A stretch of 42,487 nucleotides of DNA from Anaerolineae bacterium (lineage in GTDB: Bacteria; Chloroflexota; Anaerolineae; CG2-30-64-16): contig JALOOB010000002.1 of NCBI GenBank assembly GCA_025454635.1, positions 1-42,487 of the forward strand, written 5' to 3'. Below the pieces are notes generated by a model, which was not told the DNA's origin, did not search any database, and saw nothing but the letters and a program-made list of their open reading frames with translations. Position 1 is the stretch's first letter. Each line of letters begins with the position of its first letter. Shown in pieces: positions 41,685-42,487 of this stretch. The position numbers and the translations under genes were made by a program.

Positions 41685-42487
41685 ATGAACCTCGGAAAAA
41701 CCATCCGCCTCAAGCGGCTCTTCAGCCACCACACCGGCCGCTTCTGCTCCATCGCCGTCGACCACCTGCTTGGCTACGGCCAGGACATGCCTCCAGGGCT
41801 GCTCCACATCAAGCCGTCGCTGGCCGCCATCATGGCCGCGAAGCCGGATGCAGTGACCATGCACAAGGGCATCGCCGCATCGCTCTGGCCGCAGTACGCG
41901 GGGCAGGTCCCGCTGATCATTCAGGGGTCCGGCATCAAGACGGACGACAGCGCACAGGAGATGTTCGCGACGCCCGAAGATGCGGTCCGGCTCGGCGCGG
42001 ACGCGTTCGCCGTCGCGGCGTTCATTCGCGGCGCGACCGAGGGTTCGATGCTGCGCGCCGTCGCGGACTCAGTCCGCCAGGCGTCATACTACGAGATTCC
42101 CGTCATCTGCCACATCTACCCCCGGGTGTGGGACTCCAACGGCGCCGTCAGCATCTCGTACCGCCCCGAGGACATCGCTTGGGCCGCGCGCTGCGCGGTG
42201 GAGGTGGGCGCGGATGTGGTCAAGACGCCGTACTGCGGCGATATCGCGGCGCACCGGCAGATCGTTGACGACTGTCCCGTGCCGATGGTCGCCGCCGGCG
42301 GACCCAAGACCAGCACGTTCGAGGAGGCGCTCCAGCAGATGTGGGAGGTGGTCGAGGCGGGCGCGCTGGGAGCGACCATTGGCCGGAACGCCTGGGGCTT
42401 CCCCAACATCACCGCGAACGTCGAGGCATTCAAGGCCGTCATCCACGACCGCCTCACGCCGGCGGATGCGCTGGCGCAGGCCGGGCT
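41685..42487 (+). CDS. Class I aldolase, DhnA/FbaB/LsrF family (runs off the window end; absent from the ORF track)
   Basis: Manual translation: MNLGKTIRLKRLF...IAVDH, PDAVTMHKG, GADVVKTPY (Schiff-base Lys), VAAGGP, TIGRNAW. Confidence 0.88.
   Translation, partial: MNLGKTIRLKRLFSHHTGRFCSIAVDHLLGYGQDMPPGLLHIKPSLAAIMAAKPDAVTMHKGIAASLWPQYAGQVPLIIQGSGIKTDDSAQEMFATPEDAVRLGADAFAVAAFIRGATEGSMLRAVADSVRQASYYEIPVICHIYPRVWDSNGAVSISYRPEDIAWAARCAVEVGADVVKTPYCGDIAAHRQIVDDCPVPMVAAGGPKTSTFEEALQQMWEVVEAGALGATIGRNAWGFPNITANVEAFKAVIHDRLTPADALAQAG

Overview
GC-rich bacterial chromosomal window made almost entirely of housekeeping and cell-envelope genes. Gene content (DUF5666-type proteins, YfhO/GT39 pair, no rimP before nusA) suggests Chloroflexota (Anaerolineae/Caldilineae-like); this is inference. 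Left arm (+): partial DUF1385, mdh, GTP-dependent PEP carboxykinase, queuosine-precursor transporter, era, Yip1, CBS-ACT, thyA. A minus-strand block carries tgt-uppP-pstS-like and nusA-ylxR-infB-rbfA-nrnA-truB-ribF, with ribF fused in frame to a complete archease domain. Next come FmdB, two GT-C-type membrane glycosyltransferases, a long-form formate-THF ligase and a divergent stand-alone IS630-type HTH gene. A further minus-strand unit encodes a CDP-alcohol phosphatidyltransferase, a BldN-like ECF sigma factor, a putative anti-sigma factor and a secreted protein. Right arm (+): sirtuin, methyltransferase, lectin-fold hypothetical, M6-like protease, membrane protein, receiver/thioredoxin-reductase-like fusion, frameshifted oligoendopeptidase F and a partial class I aldolase missing from the ORF track. 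I found no rRNA, tRNA, CRISPR array, prophage or intact IS. Intergenic spaces hold several families of short palindromic repeats. Best leads: the RibF-archease fusion, the BldN/RsbN-like module, the lone IS630-derived HTH, and a selected peptide repeat in IF2 with a uORF upstream of infB. All family calls are by motif recognition; no searches were run.
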